DNA of 42,088 nt from Chiloscyllium plagiosum (lineage: Eukaryota). This document shows positions 38,601-42,088 of the stretch, in pieces (position 1 is the first letter of the stretch; every line of letters starts with the position of its first letter). The stretch is from positions 1 to 42,088 of the forward strand of contig NW_025214530.1 in assembly GCF_004010195.1 (NCBI RefSeq), written 5' to 3'. The position numbers and the translations under genes were made by a program. Below the pieces are notes generated by a model that saw nothing but the letters and a program-made list of their open reading frames with translations, had not been told where the DNA came from and searched no databases.

Positions 38601-39485
38601 CAATGAGATCGTGATCAGCTGGGCCAATTGGCTGAGGAGTGGCAGATGGAGTGTAATTTAAATGAATACGACGTGTTGCTTTTTGAGAAGTCAAATCAGG
38701 TCACAACTTACAGAGTTAATGGTAGGGCACTGGATAGTGATATTAAACACATGGCCCTGAGGGTCCAGACTCATAGAGTCTTACAGAGTTCATGGTAGGG
38801 CACTGGGTAGTGATGTTGAACACTGAGTACCCTGACGGTTCAGACTCATAGATTCTTGAAAGCGTTGTCTCAAGTAGCTAGTTTGTTGAAGGTGTTTGGC
38901 ACATGTACCTTCATTGGTCAGAGCACTGAGTGCAGGAGTTGGGGCTTCATGTTGTAACTGTCCAAAACATTGGAATGAACTGCCAGAGGATGTAGAGATA
39001 GGTCCAACATTTAGAAGACATTTGAACAGCTCCAGGAACTGGGTAGGTCTGGATGGATATGGGCCAAAGGCAGACAAGTGGAATTAATTTAATTTGGGAA
39101 CTCTGGTCAGCATGGATGAGCTGGACCAAAGGAACTGTTTCTGTGCTGTATGACTTTATGACTCACTGACGTTATGGTGGAGTAGGCTCAAATTTGGAAG
39201 GTGGTGAGCAAGTGAGGGGCTAGATTGGGCATGTGGGAGAGTTTGGGCTGGTAGGCTGTGAGGTGTTGGCTGGCTGCTGGGTAAGCTTGCATGCACTCTG
39301 TCTGGCAAGGTGGCATCAAGGTAAATGGTAATGGTCATAGGATAATTTGGTCGAATTGTGCTTGGTAGGTGAGGGGTAGTTTGAGCTGAAATGCAGGAGG
39401 TCTGTCTTTGCCAGGCTGTTTAGTGTAGAGGTGGGCAGGATTCCAGGCTGGTTAGTGTAGAGGTGGGCAGAGTGCCAGGATGTTT
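35648..39485. repeat. Head-to-tail tandem duplication of ~1.92 kb (35648-37566 and 37567-39485), each copy containing CR1 remnants
   Basis: tgattcgactgcccgtaacaa starts both copies and agagtgccaggatgttt ends both; paired ORFs 36282/38158 and 36862/38790 are near-identical. Confidence 0.95.
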
Positions 39486-39799
39486 CGCGGGTGGAAGGTC
39501 ACTGTAATGAAGTGACAGGTGGACGTGTTGTCAAAATGCAAAGCTCGGAGTCTGGCAAAATGGTAGGTGGTAAAGGAGAGATGCGAAAGGAGCTCGAATG
39601 CAATGTGCACAGGCTGGCTTGCGTAAGATGAGAGGTCAGTGATCAAGGACTGAGGTCATGTCTTGGGTAATGGGCTTTTGTCCGAGGTTGTGAAAATGAT
39701 GGTGCCAGGTCCAGTCAGGGCCAGATTCACCATGGATTAGGTGCAGGGCGGCAGCAGTGTAAATGAGTGAAAGGAATTGAGATCATATGTCCATCTGGA

Positions 39800-40475
39800 A
39801 TATAGAATATAGAACATGACAGTGCAGTACAGGCCCTTCAGCCCTCGATGTTGCGCTAACCTGTGGAACCAATCTGAAGCCTATCTATCATACACGGTTC
39901 CATTTTCATCCATATGTTTATCCAATGACCTTTTAAATGCCCTTAAAGTTGGCGAGTGTACTATTGTTGCAGGCAGTGCGTTCCATGGCCCTACTACTCT
40001 CTGAGTAAAGAAACAACCTCTGACATCTGTCATCTATGTCCTCTCCTGCTAGCCATCACTATTCAAGGAAAAAGACTTTCACTGTCCACTCTCTGTTTAT
40101 CTTTTATGTCTCAATAAAGTCACCTCTCAAACTTCTTCTCCCAAATAAAAACAGCCTCAAGACCCTCATCCTTTCCGAATTAAACCTTCCCGCCATACCA
40201 AACAACATCCTGGTAAACCTCCTCTGAACTCTTCCAAAGCTTCCCCATTCTTTCTATAATGTGGTGACCAGAACAGTACACAATACTCCCAAATGCGGCC
40301 ACACCAGAATCTTGTACAGCTGCTGCCTAACGTCGTAGTTCTGAAACTCAGTCCCTCTATCGATGAAAGCCTACACAAAGTCTGTCTTCTTAACAACTCT
40401 GTCAAACTGACTGGCAACTTTTAGGGATCTATGTACATGGACACCGAGATCTCTCTGCTCAGCTACACTACCAAT
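39800..40475 (-). mobile_element. Decayed CR1 3' fragment
   Basis: agaatatagaacat tail; EYCVLFWSPHYRK and GSVAEQRDLGVHVHRSLKVASQFDRVVKK. Confidence 0.85.
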
Positions 40476-40954
40476 ATGGATTGCCTTGGATGTGTTTCGT
40501 GTGATAGGGGTTGTGTGTTCCGGGCATGAATGGGTGTATAGCAGGGTAAGGTTTGTCAATGTAAGTGGAAATATAGGTCTAGACAGAGTAAGCGCAGTGG
40601 TTAGTCTGAAAGATGAGGTTTGGTGGTGAACTGCGTGTCAGTTTGATAGTTATTAAAGTTAAAGATTACTTGTTCATTTCTCAAATCATATTTACGTAAA
40701 TACTCAGCTGTAACACTCCAAAGTCTCTGAACCTTAATGGTCCTCCATTTTTCAGAGGCCTCCAGAATTCAGATAATTGCAAATTAGATGTTTTAACTTC
40801 CAGACAATTGGCATGAGTTCAGCCGTGACAGCCATCCTCCCCATCCCAGTGCTCAGCTCCTGCCTGTGCTGCTGCTGCAGTGACCTTCCTCCCAGAGAGA
40901 ACATTCTACATTGCATTGATAAGTGAGGAAGGCTCACTGGGCCTGATTTCCAAG

Positions 40955-41242
40955 TATGAGGACGGCAAACACGGGGGGACACAACTTTAAAGTGAGGGGA
41001 GATAGGTATAAGATAGATGTCAGAGGGAGCTTTTTTACTCATTGAGTAGTAAGGGTATGGAATGCTTTGCCTGCAACAGTAGTAGATTCGCCAAGTTTAA
41101 GTACATTTAAGTCGTCATTGGACAGGCATATGGACGTACATGGAATAGTTTAGGTGGGATGGGTTTCAGATTAGTATGACAGGGCAGCGCAACATCGAGG
41201 GCCGAAGGGTCTGTACTGCGCTGTAATATTCTATGTTCTATG
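40955..41242 (+). mobile_element. CR1 3' end fragment
   Basis: RGHNFKVRGDRYKIDVRGSFFTH..WNALP; ttctatgttctatg tail. Confidence 0.85.
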
Positions 41243-41290
41243 ATTCACTCTGATTTCTCTCCGGGAGTAGTGCCAGCTGTTGGGTATTTC

Positions 41291-41610
41291 CAGCAGCACG
41301 GTACCTAGTGGTTCCGTGGTTAGTGCTGCTGCCTCACAGTGCTGGGGACTCGGGTTCCATTCCAGCCTCGGGTGACTGTCTGTGTGGAGTTGGCACTTTC
41401 TCCCCATGTCTGTGTGCGTTTCCTCCCACAGTCCAAAGATGTGCAAGCTGAGGGAATTGCAAATGTTGTGTTCGGTGATTGGGAGTTTAGGTGCATTAGT
41501 CAGGGTTAACTGTAGCACAATATGGTAGGGGAATGGGTCTGGGTGCGTTACTTTTCAGAGGGTGGATGTGGACTTGTTGGGCCAAATGGCCTGTTTGCAC
41601 ACACTGTAGA
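41291..41610 (+). mobile_element. HE1-like SINE
   Basis: gtggttagtgctgctgcctcacag..gggttccattcc..cctcccacagtccaaagatgtgc..gtggacttgttgggcc. Confidence 0.85.
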
Positions 41611-41958
41611 ATTTCGATGAATCTGCATTTTCTTGGTTTGTATTTTGTGAAACGTGTCTGCTCTTCACAGCAATCCAGTGAAAGTGTCAGTTGGTGAGAT
41701 CTTCAAACAGTTACTGGGGTGGGATCAGGATGTTCTTCTTCCTAAATTATATGGCAATGGTCAAGGTCGAGGCGTGTTTCTAAAGAGGGAACCAATGATC
41801 ATGATCAGAAACTGATAGGAAACAAAAATAAACCCCAGTTATGCTGTCGACTTCAGCGGGAGCATACTGGCAAAAGTTTACAGCTGAGGATACATTTGAG
41901 TAACTGATAAAGTCAAATTAACAGAAATTAACATGCTCAATTGGTCATTCTATTGTAG

Positions 41959-42088
41959 AGACACCATCTCCCCCCACGCTTTATGGCCTGGTCTCCTCCT
42001 GTCAGGAGCACAACACCGGTTCTGTGATCTTTGGTTGTCTGGCGATGGAATATTCTCCTGACGTCACCAAGGTAACCTGGAAAAAAGG
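41959..42088 (+). CDS. IGHM: Immunoglobulin heavy-chain constant exon CH1, IgM (mu) type; partial, continues past the window
   Basis: (E)[43 protein letters not shown]1-set strands with GCLA..Y.P....V.W and the light-chain-bonding Cys; matches my recollection of shark C-mu1 ([11 protein letters not shown]). AG acceptor at 41957-41958 is in phase with JH. Confidence 0.9.

Larger units (their letters stand above)
28545..41958 (+). other. JH-CH1 intron (~13.4 kb including a 643-N gap)
   Basis: GT at 28545 and ...cattctattgtAG at 41958; the phase-1 junction G|AG gives Glu and an open J-C frame. Confidence 0.85.

Noticed and set aside
41959..42088. IgNAR, IgW, light-chain or TCR identity for the C exon
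   Set aside because: The WGQG-type J excludes light chain and most TCR (FGxG); [18 protein letters not shown] with the early Cys fits shark C-mu1 best. A BLAST search would settle IgM versus IgW.

Overview
Eukaryotic, repeat-dense genomic DNA from a cartilaginous fish (shark-type HE1-like SINEs, CR1/HER1-like LINEs, shark-type Ig segments); it has three N-gaps. 1-7185 is a 33-bp satellite, which accounts for all the long ORFs there. About 7.3-28.3 kb is a pile of nested, decayed retroelements: many CR1 fragments, a Gmr1-type (integrase-before-RT) Ty3/gypsy element with a related solo LTR inside it, and Penelope-derived pieces with hammerhead-like cores. The only host gene is missed by the ORF track: an unrearranged immunoglobulin heavy-chain JH segment (28497-28544, YLDYWGQGTMVTVTS) with a 23-bp-spacer RSS. 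It splices in frame across a ~13.4-kb intron to an IgM-type CH1 exon starting at 41959 and running off the window. I see no VH or D segment in the 28 kb upstream, so this looks like a 5'-truncated or orphan J-Cmu unit (or a misjoin). The J-C intron contains a 6x45-bp tandem repeat just 3' of JH and a ~1.92-kb tandem duplication. Family assignments are from recognition of motifs, not from database searches.
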